Assembly: GCA_032718475.1 (NCBI GenBank)
Contig: JAUCBJ010008991.1
Coordinates: 1 to 58,445, forward strand
From: Nemertoderma westbladi
Lineage: Eukaryota > Animalia > Xenacoelomorpha
DNA length: 58,445 nt
Direction of reading: 5' to 3'
In this document: piece by piece, positions 23,182 through 38,297 of the stretch
Position numbering within the stretch: position 1 is the stretch's first letter
Layout of the letters: the number at the start of each line of letters is the position of its first letter
Position numbers and translations under genes: made by a program
The notes under the pieces: generated by a model
Databases searched by the model: none
Told to the model about the DNA's origin: nothing
What the model saw: the letters and a program-made list of their open reading frames with translations, nothing else

Positions 23182-26100
23182 TATTTCAAGTCAATATTTA
23201 TAACTCTATTTGTAGGAAAACTATAATAGATATAAACTTGGGGTTTCTCAACTCAACTGTAAGGTCCGCAGCAGAGCTGATTGAGGTTGAATAGAAAATC
23301 CAGTTGCCTTGGCAACCGGGCTAGACAGATGTTAAAATTTACAAAATGTTAATTTGAAGCCTAATGAGAAGGTGTTATGTCTTGGGACCAACCCCTACCC
23401 CCACTATATGACTTATTCTGCGTCCGAATTTCATTGTTTAATTTTGCATTTACCATGACAACCGCTGAAAACAGATGTTTTTATCCACGAAGCTGAGGAA
23501 AATCAACTACTTTCGCTAAGAAAGATTTTCCTTAGCTGAGATGGTCTATTCATAGTGGGCTATTTTACTTGTATGGAGCAGATTTGGTTTTTTTTGACCG
23601 GTGAAAAAACTAGCCTTTAAAAGTACCCTGAAATTTTGCATGTATATACTACTCGTCGAGGCGCATCTTTTGGGCTGGGTCTCATATCCAGGAAAAATCT
23701 GGTTTCCATGGCAACGGACTTAGAAAAAAGTATATGTATTTCAAGTCAATATTTATAACTCTATTTGTAGGAAAACTATAATAGATATAAACTTGGGGTT
23801 TCTCAATTCAACTATAAGGTCCGCAGCAGAGCCGATTGAGGTTGAATAGAAAATCCAGTTACCTTGGCAACCGGGCTAAACAGATGTTAAAATTTATAAA
23901 ATGTTAATTTGAAGCCTAAGGTTAAGGTGTTATGACTTGGGACAAACCCCTACCCCCACTATATAACTTATTCTGCGTCCGAATTTCATTGTTCAATTTT
24001 GCATTTACCATGACAACCGCTGAAAACAGATGTTTTTATACAAAAATAACTCATTCGGACATAGACTTCGCGATAAAATTTTACGAAACTGGGAATGTGT
24101 TATCTGGACCATTAGTTGGAACTTTTAGTGAAACTGAAATCATTCCAGAAATATCTTGTTACCATGGTAACTGGGGTTTATTAAAGTCTATATCATTCAA
24201 GTCTAAATTCAATACTCTATTTGTAGCAAAATAATGTAATAAATATAAATTTGGGGTTTTGCAACTCATCTGTAAGGTCCATATACAATCCATTCGAGGT
24301 TAATTACACAATCCAATTACCATAGCAACAAGACTAAACAGATGTTAAAATTTCTAAAATTATAATTTGAAACACAAGTTAATAGTATTATGACTTGGGA
24401 CCAAGACCTACCCCCACTATATGACTTATTCTGCATCCGAATTACATTGTTCTATTTTTCAGTTTCCATGACAACCACTGCAAACAGATGCATTTTGATA
24501 GAAAATCGGTAATTTGGACATAAACTACAATATTTTCTGAAACTCAGTATATGACGTGTTATCTGAACCACAATCTGTACTGAATTTTTTTTCAAAGGTT
24601 AAAGCAACAGTTCCAGAGAACTCTAGTTTCCATGGGAATAGAAGTTAATTATTGACAATTGCTACTAAACAAGGCTAAGCAACGAACCAAAGTGTGGCAG
24701 TTTGTTTAATTTTCCTTAGCTTCGTGGTTGCATTTCCTTTAGGAAATGCCTTTCTCGTATATGTGTTATCTGAACCACAATCTGTACTGAATTTTTTTTC
24801 AAAGGTTAAAGCAACAGTTCCAGAGAACTCTAGTTTCCATGGGAATAGAAGTTAATTATTGACAATTGCTACTAAACGAGGCTAAGCAACGAACCAAAGT
24901 GTGGCAGTTTGTTTAATTTTCCTTAGCTTCGTGGTTGCATTTCCTTTAGGAAATGCCTTTCTCGTATATGTGTTATCTGAACCACAATCTGTACTGAATT
25001 TTTTTTCAAAGGTTAAAGCAACAGTTCCAGAGAACTCTAGTTTCCATGGGAATAGAAGTTAATTATTGACAATTGCTACTAAACGAGGCTAAGCAACGAA
25101 CTAAAGTGTGGCCGTTTGTTTAATTTTCCTTAGCTTCGTGGTTGCATTTCCTTTAGGAAATGCCTTTCTCGTATGTTGTCGTCGTCAGTGGGCACATCGA
25201 AGAATGGTTGCAGTTCTCTGGAACAAAATGTACAGATAAGACTCGAAATACTAGATCCACGAAGCTAAGGAAAATCAACTACTTTCGCTAAGAAAGATTT
25301 TCCTTAGCTGAGATGGTGTATTCATAGTGGGCTATTTTACTTGTATGGAGCAGATTTGGGGTTTTTTGACTCCAGAAAAAACTAGCTTTTAAAAGTACCC
25401 TGGAATTTTGCATGTATATACCACTCATCGAGGCGTATCTTTTGGGCTGGGTCTCATATCCAGGAAAAATCTGGTTTCCATGCCAACGGACTTAGAAAAA
25501 AGTCTATGTATTTCAAGTCAATATTTATAACTCTATTTGTAGGAATACTATAATAGATATAAACTTGGGGTTTCTCAATTCAACTATAAGGTCCGCAGCA
25601 GAGCCGATTGAGGTTGAATAGAAAATCCAGTTACCTTGGCAACCGGGCTAAACAGATGTTAAAATTTATAAAATGTTAATTTGAAGCCTAAGGTTAAGGT
25701 GTTATGACTTGGGACAAACCCCTACCCCCACTATATAACTTATTCTGCGTCCGAATTTCATTGTTCAATTTTGCATTTACCATGACAACCGCTGAAAACA
25801 GATGTTTTTATACAAAAATAACTCATTCGGACATAGACTTCGCGATAAAATTTTACGAAACTGGGAATGTGTTATCTGGACCATTAGTTGGAACTTTTAG
25901 TGAAACTGAAATCATTCCAGAAATATCTTGTTACCATGGTAACTGGGGTTTATTAAAGTCTATATCATTCAAGTCTAAATTCAATACTCTATTTGTAGCA
26001 AAATAATGTAATAAATATAAAGTTGGGGTTTTGCAACTCATCTGTAAGGTCCATATACAATCCATTCGAGGTTAATTACACAATCCAATTACCATAGCAA

Positions 26101-27373
26101 CAAGACTAAACAGATGTTAAAATTTCTAAAATGATAATTTGAAACACAAGTTAATAGTATTATGACTTGGGACCAAGACCTACCCCCACTATATGACTTA
26201 TTCTGCATCCGAATTACATTGTTCTATTTTTCAGTTTCCATGACAACCACTGCAAACAGATGCATTTTGATAGAAAATCGGTAATTTGGACATAAACTAC
26301 AATATTTTCTGAAACTTGGTATGTGTTATCTGAACCACAATCTGGACTGAATCTTTTTTCAAAGGTAAAACCAACAGTTCCAGAGAATTCTAGTTTCCAT
26401 GGGAATACAGGTTATTTATTGCCAAATGCTACTAAACTAGGCTATGCAACAAACCAAATTGTGGCCCTTTGTTTAATTTTCCTTAGCTTCGTGGTTGCAT
26501 TTCCTTTAGGAAATGCCTTTCTAGTAAAATATTTTTAAATTCAGAAATGTTGAGGAGCGTTCCACATTGAAAATGAAAGTAGAGACAGCAGACTGTACAG
26601 CTAAAGAAGGGGTCCGGCTTAGCGACCGCAGCGAAGCACAAACCACAGTTTTGGTTCATGGGGGCAAAGGAAGAGCAGTTGGTACGGAGAGCGCCAGCAC
26701 TGATACAATAGTTTACTTAGGTAACAAGTTTAACTAAACCATGTGGCAACTATTTTCAGGCCCCTATGAAAAAAAATCCACGAAGTTAAGGAAAATCAAC
26801 TACTTTCGCTAAGAAAGATTTTCCTTAGCTGAGATGGTCTATTCATAGTGGGCTATTTTACTTGTATGGAGCAGATTTGGGGTTTTTTGGTCGGGGAAAA
26901 AACTAGCCTTTAAAAGTACCCTGAAATTTTGCATGTATGTACTACTCATCGAGGCGCGTCGTGTGGGATGGGTCTCATATTCAGGAAAAATCTGGTTTCC
27001 ATGGCAACGGACTTAGAAAAAAGTCTATGTATTTCAAGTCAATATTTATAACTCTATTTGTAGGAAAACTATAATAGATATAAACTTGGGGTTTCTCAAC
27101 TCAACTGTAAGGTCCGCAGCAGAGCTGATTGAGGTTGAATAGAAAATCCAGTTGCCTTGGCAACCGGGCTAGACAGATGTTAAAATTTACAAAATGTTAA
27201 TTTGAAGCCTAATGAGAAGGTGTTATGTCTTGGGACCAACCCCTACCCCCACTATATGACTTATTCTGCGTCCGAATTTCATTGTTTAATTTTGCATTTA
27301 CCATGACAACCGCTGAAAACAGATGTTTTTATCCACGAAGCTAAGGAAAATCAACTACTTTCGCTAAGAAAGA

Positions 27374-28627
27374 TCCACGAAGCTAAGGAAAATCAACTAC
27401 TTTCGCTAAGAAAGATTTTCCTTAGCTGAGATGGTCTATTCATAGTGGGCTATTTTACTTGTATGGGGCAGATTAGTTTTTTTTTGATTCCGGAAAAAAC
27501 TAGCCTTTAAAAGTACCCTGAAATTTTGCATGTATATACTACTCGATGAGGCGCATCTTTTGGGCCGGGTCTCATATCCAGGAAAAATCTGGTTTCCATG
27601 GCAACGGACTTAGAAAAAAGTCTATGTATTTCAAGTCAATATTTATAACTCTATTTGTAGGAAAACTTTAATAGATATAAACTTGGGGTTTCTCAACTCA
27701 ACTATAAGGTCCATAGCAAAGCCAATTGAGGTTAAATAGAAAATCCAGTTACCTTGGCAACCGGGATAAACAGATGTTAAAACTTATAAAATGTTAATTT
27801 GAGGCCTAAGGGCAAGGTGTTATGACTTGGGACCAACCCCCACCCCCACTATATAACTTATTCTGCATCCGAATTACATTGTTCTATTTTTCAGTTACCA
27901 TGACAACCGCTGAAAACAGATGTTTTTATACAAAAATTATTCATTTGGACATAGACTTCGCGATAAAATTTTACAAAACTGGGTATGTGTTATCTGGACC
28001 ACTAGTTGGAACTTTTAGTGAAACTTAAATTATTCCAGAAATTTAGTTACCATGGTAACTGTAGTTTATTAAACTCTATATCATTCAAGTCTATATTGAT
28101 AACTCTATTTGTAGCAAAACTGTAATATATATAAACTTGGGGTTTTGCAACTCATCTATAAGATCCATATCCAAGCCGTTTGAGGTTAATTAGAAAATCC
28201 AGTTACCATAGCAACAAGTCTAAACAGATGTTTAAATTTATAAAATGATAATTTGAAGCACAAGTTAATAGTATTATGACTTGGGACTAACCCCTACCCC
28301 CACTATATGACTTATTCTGCATCCGAATTACATTGTTCTATTTTTCAGTTTCCATGACAACCACTGCAAACAGATGCATTTTGATAGAAAATCGGTAACT
28401 ACAATATTTTCTGAAACTCAGTATATGTGTTATCTGAACCACAATCTGTACTGAATTTTTTTCAAAGGTTAAAGCAACAGTTCCAGAGAACTCTAGTTTC
28501 CATTGGAATAGAATTTAATTATTGACAATTGCTACTAAACGAGGCTAAGCAACGAACCAAAGTGTGGCCGTTTGTTTAATTTTCCTTAGCTTCGTGGTTG
28601 CATTTCCTTTAGGAAATGCCTTTCTCG
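27374..28627 (+). mobile_element. Nested complete HINE at AGA^TTT, 42 bp inside the host's 5' hairpin, private to copy B
   Basis: Flanks TAAGAAAGA | TTTTCCTTAGCTGAG rejoin; empty site at ~10976. Confidence 0.9.
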
Positions 28628-31600
28628 TTTTCCTTAGCTGAGATGGTCTATTCATAGTGGGCTATTTTACTTGTATGGAGCAGATTTGGTTTTTTTTGAC
28701 CGGTGAAAAAACTAGCCTTTAAAAGTACCCTGAAATTTTGCATGTATATACTACTCGTCGAGGCGCATCTTTTGGGCTGGGTCTCATATCCAGGAAAAAT
28801 CTGGTTTCCATGGCAACGGACTTAGAAAAAAGTCTATGTATTTCAAGTCAATATTTAAAACTCTATTTGTAGGAAAACTATAATAGATATAAACTTGGGG
28901 TTTCTCAACACAACTATAAGGTCCATAGCAGATCCGATTGAGGTTAAATAGAAAATCCAGTTACCTTGGCAACCGGGCTAGACAGATGTTAAAATTTATA
29001 AAATGTTAATTTGAAGCCTAAGGTTAAGGTGTTATGACTTGGGACTAACCCCTACCCCCACTATATAACTTATTCTGCATCCGAATTACATTGTTCTATT
29101 TTTCAGTTACCATGACAACCGCTGAAAACAGATGTTTTTATTCAAAACTTAATCATTTGGACATAGACTTCACGATAAAATTTTACAAAACTGGGTGTGT
29201 TATCTGGACCACTAGTTGGAACTTTTAGTGAAACTTAAATTATTCCAGAAATTTAGTTACCACGGTAACTGTAGTTTATTAAACTCTATATCATTCAAAT
29301 CTATATTGATAACTCTATTTGTAGCAAAACTGTATTGTATTTAAACTTGGGGTTTTGCAACTCATCTATAAGGTCCATATACAAGCCGTTTGAGGTTAAT
29401 TAGAAAATACAGTTACCATAGCAACAAGTCTAAACAGATGTTAAAATTTATAAAATGATAATTTAAAGCACAAGTTAATAGTATTATGACTTGGGACTAA
29501 CCCCTACCCCCACTATATGACTTATTCTGCATCCGAATTACATTGTTCTATTTTTCAGTTTCCATGACAACCACTGCAAACAGATGCATTTTGATAGAAA
29601 ATCGGTAATTTGGACATAAACTACAATATTTTCTGAAACTTGGTATGTGTTATCTGAACCACAATCTGGACTGAATCTTTTTTCAAAGGTAAAACCAACA
29701 GTTCCAGAGAATTCTAGTTTCCATGGGAATACAGGTTATTTATTGCCAAATGCTACTAAACTAGGCTATGCAACAAACCAAATTGTGGCCCTTTCTTTAA
29801 TTTTCCTTAGCTTCGTGGTTGCATTTCCTTTAGGAAATGCCTTTCTAGTAAAATATTTTTAAATTCAGAAATGTTGAGGAGCGTTCCACATTGAAAATGA
29901 AAGTAGAGACAGCAGACTGTACAGCTAAAGAAGGGGTCCGGCTTAGCGACCGCAGCGAAGCACAAACCACAGTTTTGGTTCATGGGGGCAAAGGAAGGGC
30001 AGTTGGTACGGAGAGCGCCAGCACTGATACAATAGTTTACTTAGGTAACTAGTTTAACTAAACCATGTGGCAACTATTTTCAGGCCCCTATGAAAAAAAA
30101 TCCACGAAGCTAAGGAAAATCAACTACTTTCGCTAAGAAAGATTTTCCTTAGCTGAGATGGTCTATTCATAGTGGGCTATTTTACTTGTATGGAGCAGAT
30201 TTGGGGTTTTTTGGTCGGGGAAAAAACTAGCCTTTAAAAGTACCCTGAAATTTTGCATGTATGTACTACTCATCGAGGCGCGTCGTGTGGGATGGGTCTC
30301 ATATTCAGGAAAAATCTGGTTTCCATGGCAACGGACTTAGAAAAAAGTCTATGTATTTCAAGTCAATATTTATAACTCTATTTGTAGGAAAACTATAATA
30401 GATATAAACTTGGGGTTTCTCAACTCAACTGTAAGGTCCGCAGCAGAGCTGATTGAGGTTGAATAGAAAATCCAGTTGCCTTGGCAACCGGGCTAGACAG
30501 ATGTTAAAATTTACAAAATGTTAATTTGAAGCCTAATGAGAAGGTGTTATGTCTTGGGACCAACCCCTACCCCCACTATATGACTTATTCTGCGTCCGAA
30601 TTTCATTGTTTAATTTTGCATTTACCATGACAACCGCTGAAAACAGATGTTTTTATCCACGAAGCTAAGGAAAATCAACTACTTTCGCTAAGAAAGATTT
30701 TCCTTAGCTGAGATGGTCTATTCATAGTGGGCTATTTTACTTGTATGGAGCAGATTTGGTTTTTTTTGACCGGTGAAAAAACTAGCCTTTAAAAGTACCC
30801 TGAATGTTTGCATGTATATACTACTCGTCGAGGCGCATCTTTTGGGCTGGGTCTCATATCCAGGAAAAATCTGGTTTCCATGGCAACGGACTTAGAAAAA
30901 AGTCTATGTATTTCAAGTCAATATTTAAAACTCAATTGTAGGAAAACTATAATAGAAATAAACTTGGGGTTTCTCAACACAACTATAAGGTCCATAGCAG
31001 AGCCGATTGAGGTTAAATAGAAAATCCAGTTACCTTGGCAACCGGGCTAGACAGATGTTAAAATTTATAAAATGTTAATTTGAAGCCTAAGGTTAAGGTG
31101 TTATGACTTGGGACCAACCCCTACCCCCACTATATAACTAATTCTGCATCCGAATTACATTGTTCTATTCTTCAGTTACCATGACAACCGCTGAAAACAG
31201 ATGTTTTTATTCAAAACTTAATCATTTGGACATAGACTTCACGATAAAATTTTACAAAACTGGGTGTGTTATCTGGACCACTAGTTGGAACTTTTAGTGA
31301 AACTTAAATTATTCCAGAAATTTAGTTACCACGGTAACTGTAGTTTATTAAACTCTATATCATTCAAATCTATATTGATAACTCTATTTGTAGCAAAACT
31401 GTATTGTATTTAAACTTGGGGTTTTGCAACTCATCTATAAGGTCCATATACAAGCCGTTTGAGGTTAATTAGAAAATACAGTTACCATAGCAACAAGTCT
31501 AAACAGATGTTAAAATTTATAAAATGATAATTTAAAGCACAAGTTAATAGTATTATGACTTGGGACTAACCCCTACCCCCACTATATGACTTATTCTGCA

Positions 31601-33436
31601 TCCGAATTACATTGTTCTATTTTTCAGTTTCCATGACAACCACTGCAAACAGATGCATTTTGATAGAAAATCGGTAATTTGGACATAAACTACAATATTT
31701 TCTGAAACTTGGTATGTGTCCACGAAGCTAAGGAAAATCAACTACTTTCGCTAAGAAAGATTTTCCTTAGCTGAGATGGTCTATTCATAGTGGGCTATTT
31801 TACTTGTATGGGGCAGATTTGGGGTTTTTTGGTCGGGGAAAAAACTAGCCTTTAAAAGTACCCTGAAATTTTGCATGTATGTACTACTCGTCGAGGCGCA
31901 TCGGGTGGGATAGGTCTCATATCCAGGAAAAATCTGGTTTCCATGGCAACGGACTTAGAAAAAAGTCTATGTATTTAAAGTCAATATTTATAACTCTATT
32001 TGTAGGAAAACTATAATAGATATAAACTTGGGGTTTCTCAACTCAACTATAAGGTCCATAGCAGAGCCGATTGAGGTTAAATAGAAAATCCAGTTACCTT
32101 GGCAACCGGGCTAGACAGATGTTAAAATTTATAAAATGTTAATTTGAAGCCTAAGGTTAAGGTGTTATGACTTGGGACCAACCCCTACCCCCACTATATA
32201 ACTTATTCTGCATCCGAATTACATTGTTCTATTTTTCAGTTACCATGACAACCGCTGAAAACAGATGTTTTTATTCAAAACTTATTCATTTGGACATAGA
32301 CTTCACGATAAAATTTTACAAAACTGGGTATGTGTTATCTGGACCATTTGTTGGAACTTTTAGTGAAACTTAAATTATTCCAGAAATTTAGTTACCATGG
32401 TAACTGTAGTTTATTAAACTCTATATCATTCAAATCTATATTGATAACTCTATTTGTAGCAAAACTGTAATATATATAAACTTGGGGTTTTGCAACTCAT
32501 CTATAAGATCCATATCCAAGCCGTTTGAGGTTAATTAGAAAATACAGTTACCATAGCAACAAGTCTAAACAGATGTTAAAATTTATAAAATGATAATTTG
32601 AAGCACAAGTTAATAGTATTATGACTTGGGACCAACCCCTACCCCCACTATATGACTTATTCTGCATCCGAATTACATTGTTCTATTTTTCAGTTTCCAT
32701 GACAACCACTGCAAACAGATGCATTTTGATAGAAAATCGGTAATTTGGACATAAACTACAATATTTTCTGAAACTCAGTATATGTGTTATCTGAACCACA
32801 ATCTGTACTGAATTTTTTTTCAAAGGTTAAAGCAACAGTTCCAGAGAACTCTAGTTTCCATGGGAATAGAAGTTAATTATTGACAATTGCTACTAAACGA
32901 GGCTAAGCAACGAACCAAAGTGTGGCCGTTTGTTTAATTTTCCTTAGCTTCGTGGTTGCATTTCCTTTAGGAAATGCCTTTCTCGTTATCTGAACCACAA
33001 TCTGGACTGAATCTTTTTTCAAAGGTAAAACCAACAGTTCCAGAGAATTCTAGTTTCCATGGGAATACAGGTTATTTATTGCCAAATGCTACTAAACTAG
33101 GCTATGCAACAAACCAAATTGTGGCCCTTTGTTTAATTTTCCTTAGCTTCGTGGTTGCATTTCCTTTAGGAAATGCCTTTCTAGTAAAATATTTTTAAAT
33201 TCAGAAATGTTGAGGAGCGTTCCACATTGAAAATGAAAGTAGAGACAGCAGACTGTACAGCTAAAGAAGGGGTCCGGCTTAGCGACCGCAGCGAAGCACA
33301 AACCACAGTTTTGGTTCATGGGGGCAAAGGAAGGGCAGTTGGTACGGAGAGCGCCAGCACTGATACAATAGTTTACTTAGGTAACTAGTTTAACTAAACC
33401 ATGTGGCAACTATTTTCAGGCCCCTATGAAAAAAAA

Positions 33437-36400
33437 TCCACGAAGCTAAGGAAAATCAACTACTTTCGCTAAGAAAGATTTTCCTTAGCTGAGATGGTCT
33501 ATTCATAGTGGGCTATTTTACTTGTATGGAGCAGATTTGGGGTTTTTTGGTCGGGGAAAAAACTAGCCTTTAAAAGTACCCTGAAATTTTGCATGTATGT
33601 ACTACTCATCGAGGCGCGTCGTGTGGGATGGGTCTCATATTCAGGAAAAATCTGGTTTCCATGGCAACGGACTTAGAAAAAAGTCTATGTATTTCAAGTC
33701 AATATTTAAAACTCTATTTGTAGGAAAACTATAATAGATATAAACGTGGGGTTTCTCAACACAACTATAAGGTCCATAGCAGAGCCGATTGAGGTTAAAT
33801 AGAAAATCCAGTTACCTTGGCAACCGGGCTAGACAAATGTTAAAATTTATAAAATGTTAATTTGAAGCCTAAGGTTAAGGTGTTATGACTTGGGACCAAC
33901 CCCTACCCCCACTATATAACTTATTCTGCATCCGAATTACATTGTTCTATTTTTCAGTTACCATGACAACCGCTGAAAACAGATGTTTTTATTCAAAACT
34001 TAATCATTTGGACATAGACTTCACGATAAAATTTTACAAAACTGGGTGTGTTATCTGGACCACTAGTTGGAACTTTTAGTGAAACTTAAATTATTCCAGA
34101 AATTTAGTTACCACGGTAACTGTAGTTTATTAAACTCTATATCATTCAAATCTATATTGATAACTCTATTTGTAGCAAAACTGTATTGTATTTAAACTTG
34201 GGGTTTTGCAACTCATCTATAAGGTCCATATACAAGCCGTTTGAGGTTAATTAGAAAATACAGTTACCATAGCAACAAGTCTAAACAGATGTTAAAATTT
34301 ATAAAATGATAATTTAAAGCACAAGTTAATAGTATTATGACTTGGGACTAACCCCTACCCCCACTATATGACTTATTCTGCATCCGAATTACATTGTTCT
34401 ATTTTTCAGTTTCCATGACAACCACTGCAAACAGATGCATTTTGATAGAAAATCGGTAATTTGGACATAAACTACAATATTTTCTGAAACTTGGTATGTG
34501 TTATCTGAACCACAATCTGGACTGAATCTTTTTTCAAAGGTAAAACCAACAGTTCCAGAGAATTCTAGTTTCCATGGGAATACAGGTTATTTATTGCCAA
34601 ATGCTACTAAACTAGGCTATGCAACAAACCAAATTGTGGCCCTTTGTTTAATTTTCCTTAGCTTCGTGGTTGCATTTCCTTTAGGAAATGCCTTTCTAGT
34701 AAAATATTTTTAAATTCAGAAATGTTGAGGAGCGTTCCACATTGAAAATGAAAGTAGAGACAGCAGACTGTACAGCTAAAGAAGGGGTCCGGCTTAGCGA
34801 CCGCAGCGAAGCACAAACCACAGTTTTGGTTCATGGGGGCAAAGGAAGAGCAGTTGGTACGGAGAGCGCCAGCACTGATACAATAGTTTACTTAGGTAAC
34901 TAGTTTAACTAAACCATGTGGCAACTATTTTCAGGCCCCTATGAAAAAAAATCCACGAAGCTAAGGAAAATCAACTACTTTCGCTAAGAAAGATTTTCCT
35001 TAGCTGAGATGGTCTATTCATAGTGGGCTATTTTACTTGTATGGAGCAGATTTGGGGTTTTTTGGTCGGGGAAAAAACTAGCCTTTAAAAGTACCCTGAA
35101 ATTTTGCATGTATGTACTACTCATCGAGGCGCGTCGTGTGGGATGGGTCTCATATTCAGGAAAAATCTGGTTTCCATGGCAACGGACTTAGAAAAAAGTC
35201 TATGTATTTCAAGTCAATATTTAAAACTCTATTTGTAGGAAAACTATAATAGATATAAACGTGGGGTTTCTCAACACAACTATAAGGTCCATAGCAGAGC
35301 CGATTGAGGTTAAATAGAAAATCCAGTTACCTTGGCAACCGGGCTAGACAAATGTTAAAATTTATAAAATGTTAATTTGAAGCCTAAGGTTAAGGTGTTA
35401 TGACTTGGGACCAACCCCTACCCCCACTATATAACTTATTCTGCATCCGAATTACATTGTTCTATTTTTCAGTTACCATGACAACCGCTGAAAACAGATG
35501 TTTTTATTCAAAACTTAATCATTTGGACATAGACTTCACGATAAAATTTTACAAAACTGGGTGTGTTATCTGGACCACTAGTTGGAACTTTTAGTGAAAC
35601 TTAAATTATTCCAGAAATTTAGTTACCACGGTAACTGTAGTTTATTAAACTCTATATCATTCAAATCTATATTGATAACTCTATTTGTAGCAAAACTGTA
35701 TTGTATTTAAACTTGGGGTTTTGCAACTCATCTATAAGGTCCATATACAAGCCGTTTGAGGTTAATTAGAAAATACAGTTACCATAGCAACAAGTCTAAA
35801 CAGATGTTAAAATTTATAAAATGATAATTTAAAGCACAAGTTAATAGTATTATGACTTGGGACTAACCCCTACCCCCACTATATGACTTATTCTGCATCC
35901 GAATTACATTGTTCTATTTTTCAGTTTCCATGACAACCACTGCAAACAGATGCATTTTGATAGAAAATCGGTAATTTGGACATAAACTACAATATTTTCT
36001 GAAACTTGGTATGTGTTATCTGAACCACAATCTGGACTGAATCTTTTTTCAAAGGTAAAACCAACAGTTCCAGAGAATTCTAGTTTCCATGGGAATACAG
36101 GTTATTTATTGCCAAATGCTACTAAACTAGGCTATGCAACAAACCAAATTGTGGCCCTTTGTTTAATTTTCCTTAGCTTCGTGGTTGCATTTCCTTTAGG
36201 AAATGCCTTTCTAGTAAAATATTTTTAAATTCAGAAATGTTGAGGAGCGTTCCACATTGAAAATGAAAGTAGAGACAGCAGACTGTACAGCTAAAGAAGG
36301 GGTCCGGCTTAGCGACCGCAGCGAAGCACAAACCACAGTTTTGGTTCATGGGGGCAAAGGAAGAGCAGTTGGTACGGAGAGCGCCAGCACTGATACAATA

Positions 36401-36466
36401 GTTTACTTAGGTAACTAGTTTAACTAAACCATGTGGCAACTATTTTCAGGCCCCTATGAAAAAAAA
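33437..36466 (+). repeat. Two tandem 1515-bp HINE+S2 units
   Basis: 5' ends at 33437, 34952 and 36467. Related 2070-bp units at 10380/12450 and HINE+S1 units at 5522/7087/8859. Confidence 0.9.
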
Positions 36467-36944
36467 TCCACGAAGCTAAGGAAAATCAACTACTTTCGCT
36501 AAGAAAGATTTTCCTTAGCTGAGATGGTCTATTCATAGTGGGCTATTTTACTTGTATGGAGCAGATTTGGGGTTTTTTGGTCGGGGAAAAAACTAGCCTT
36601 TAAAAGTACCCTGAAATTTTGCATGTATGTACTACTCATCGAGGCGCGTCGTGTGGGATGGGTCTCATATTCAGGAAAAATCTGGTTTCCATGGCAACGG
36701 ACTTAGAAAAAAGTCTATGTATTTCAAGTCAATATTTATAACTCTATTTGTAGGAAAACTATAATAGATATAAACTTGGGGTTTCTCAACTCAACTGTAA
36801 GGTCCGCAGCAGAGCTGATTGAGGTTGAATAGAAAATCCAGTTGCCTTGGCAACCGGGCTAGACAGATGTTAAAATTTACAAAATGTTAATTTGAAGCCT
36901 AATGAGAAGGTGTTATGTCTTGGGACCAACCCCTACCCCCACTA

Positions 36945-38220
36945 TCCACGAAGCTAAGGAAAATCAACTACTTTCGCTAAGAAAGATTTTCCTTAGCTGA
37001 GATGGTCTATTCATAGTGGGCTATTTTACTTGTGTGAGGCAGATTTGGGGTTTTTTGATAGGCGAAAAAACTAGCCTTTAAAAGTACCCTGAAATTTTGC
37101 ATGTATATACTACTCGGCGAGGCGCATCTTTTGGGCCGGGTCTCATATCCAGGAAAAATCTGGTTTCCATGGCAACGGACTTCAAAAAAAGTCTATGTAT
37201 TTCAAGTCAATATTTATAACTCTATTTGTAGGAAAACTATAATAGATTTAAACTTGGGGTTTTGCAACACAACTATAAGGTCCATAGCAGATCCGATTGA
37301 GGCTAAATAGAAAATCCAGTTACGTTGGCAACCGGGATAAACAGATGTTAAAATTTATAAAATGATAATTTGAGGCCTAAGGGCAAGGTGTTATGACTTG
37401 AGACCAACCCCTACCCCCACTATATAACTTATTCTGCATCCGAATTACATTGTTCTATTTTTCAGTTACCATGACAACAGCCGAAAACAGATGTTTTTAT
37501 ACAAAAATTATTCATTTGGACATAGACTTCGCGATAAAATTTTACAAAACTGGGTATGTGTTATCTGCACCACTAGTTGGAACTTTTAGTGAAACTTAAA
37601 TCATTCCAGAAATTTAGTTACCATGGTAACTGTAGTTTATTAAACTCTATATCATTCAAGTCTATATTGATAACTCTATTTCTAGCAAAACTGTAATATA
37701 TATAAACTTGGGGTTTTGTAACTCATCTATAATTTCCATATCCATCCAAGCCGTTTGAGGTTAATTAGAAAGTACAGTTACCATAGCAACAAGACTAAAC
37801 AGATGTTACTATTTATAAAATGATAATTTGAAGCACAAGTTAATAGTATTATGACTTGGGACCAAGACCTACCCCCACTATATGACTTATTCTGCATCCG
37901 AATTACATTATTATATTTTTCAGTTTCCATGACAACCACTGCAAACAGATGCATTTTGATAGAAAATCGGTAATTTGGACATAAACTACAATATTTTCTG
38001 AAACTCGGTATATGTGTTATAATCTGAACCACAATCTGGACTGAATCTTTTTTCAAAGGTAAAACCCACAGTTCCAGAGAACTCTAGTTTCCATGGGAAT
38101 AGAAGTAAATTATTGGCAATTGCTACTAAACTAGGCTATAAGCAACGAACCAAAGTGTGGCCGTTTGTTTAATTTTCCTTAGCTTCGTGGTTGCATTTCC
38201 TTTAGGAAATGCCTTTCTCG
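36945..38220 (+). mobile_element. Nested complete HINE at CTA^TAT, private to copy B
   Basis: Flanks CCCCACTA | TATGACTT rejoin. Confidence 0.9.
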
Positions 38221-38297
38221 TATGACTTATTCTGCGTCCGAATTTCATTGTTTAATTTTGCATTTACCATGACAACCGCTGAAAACAGATGTTTTTA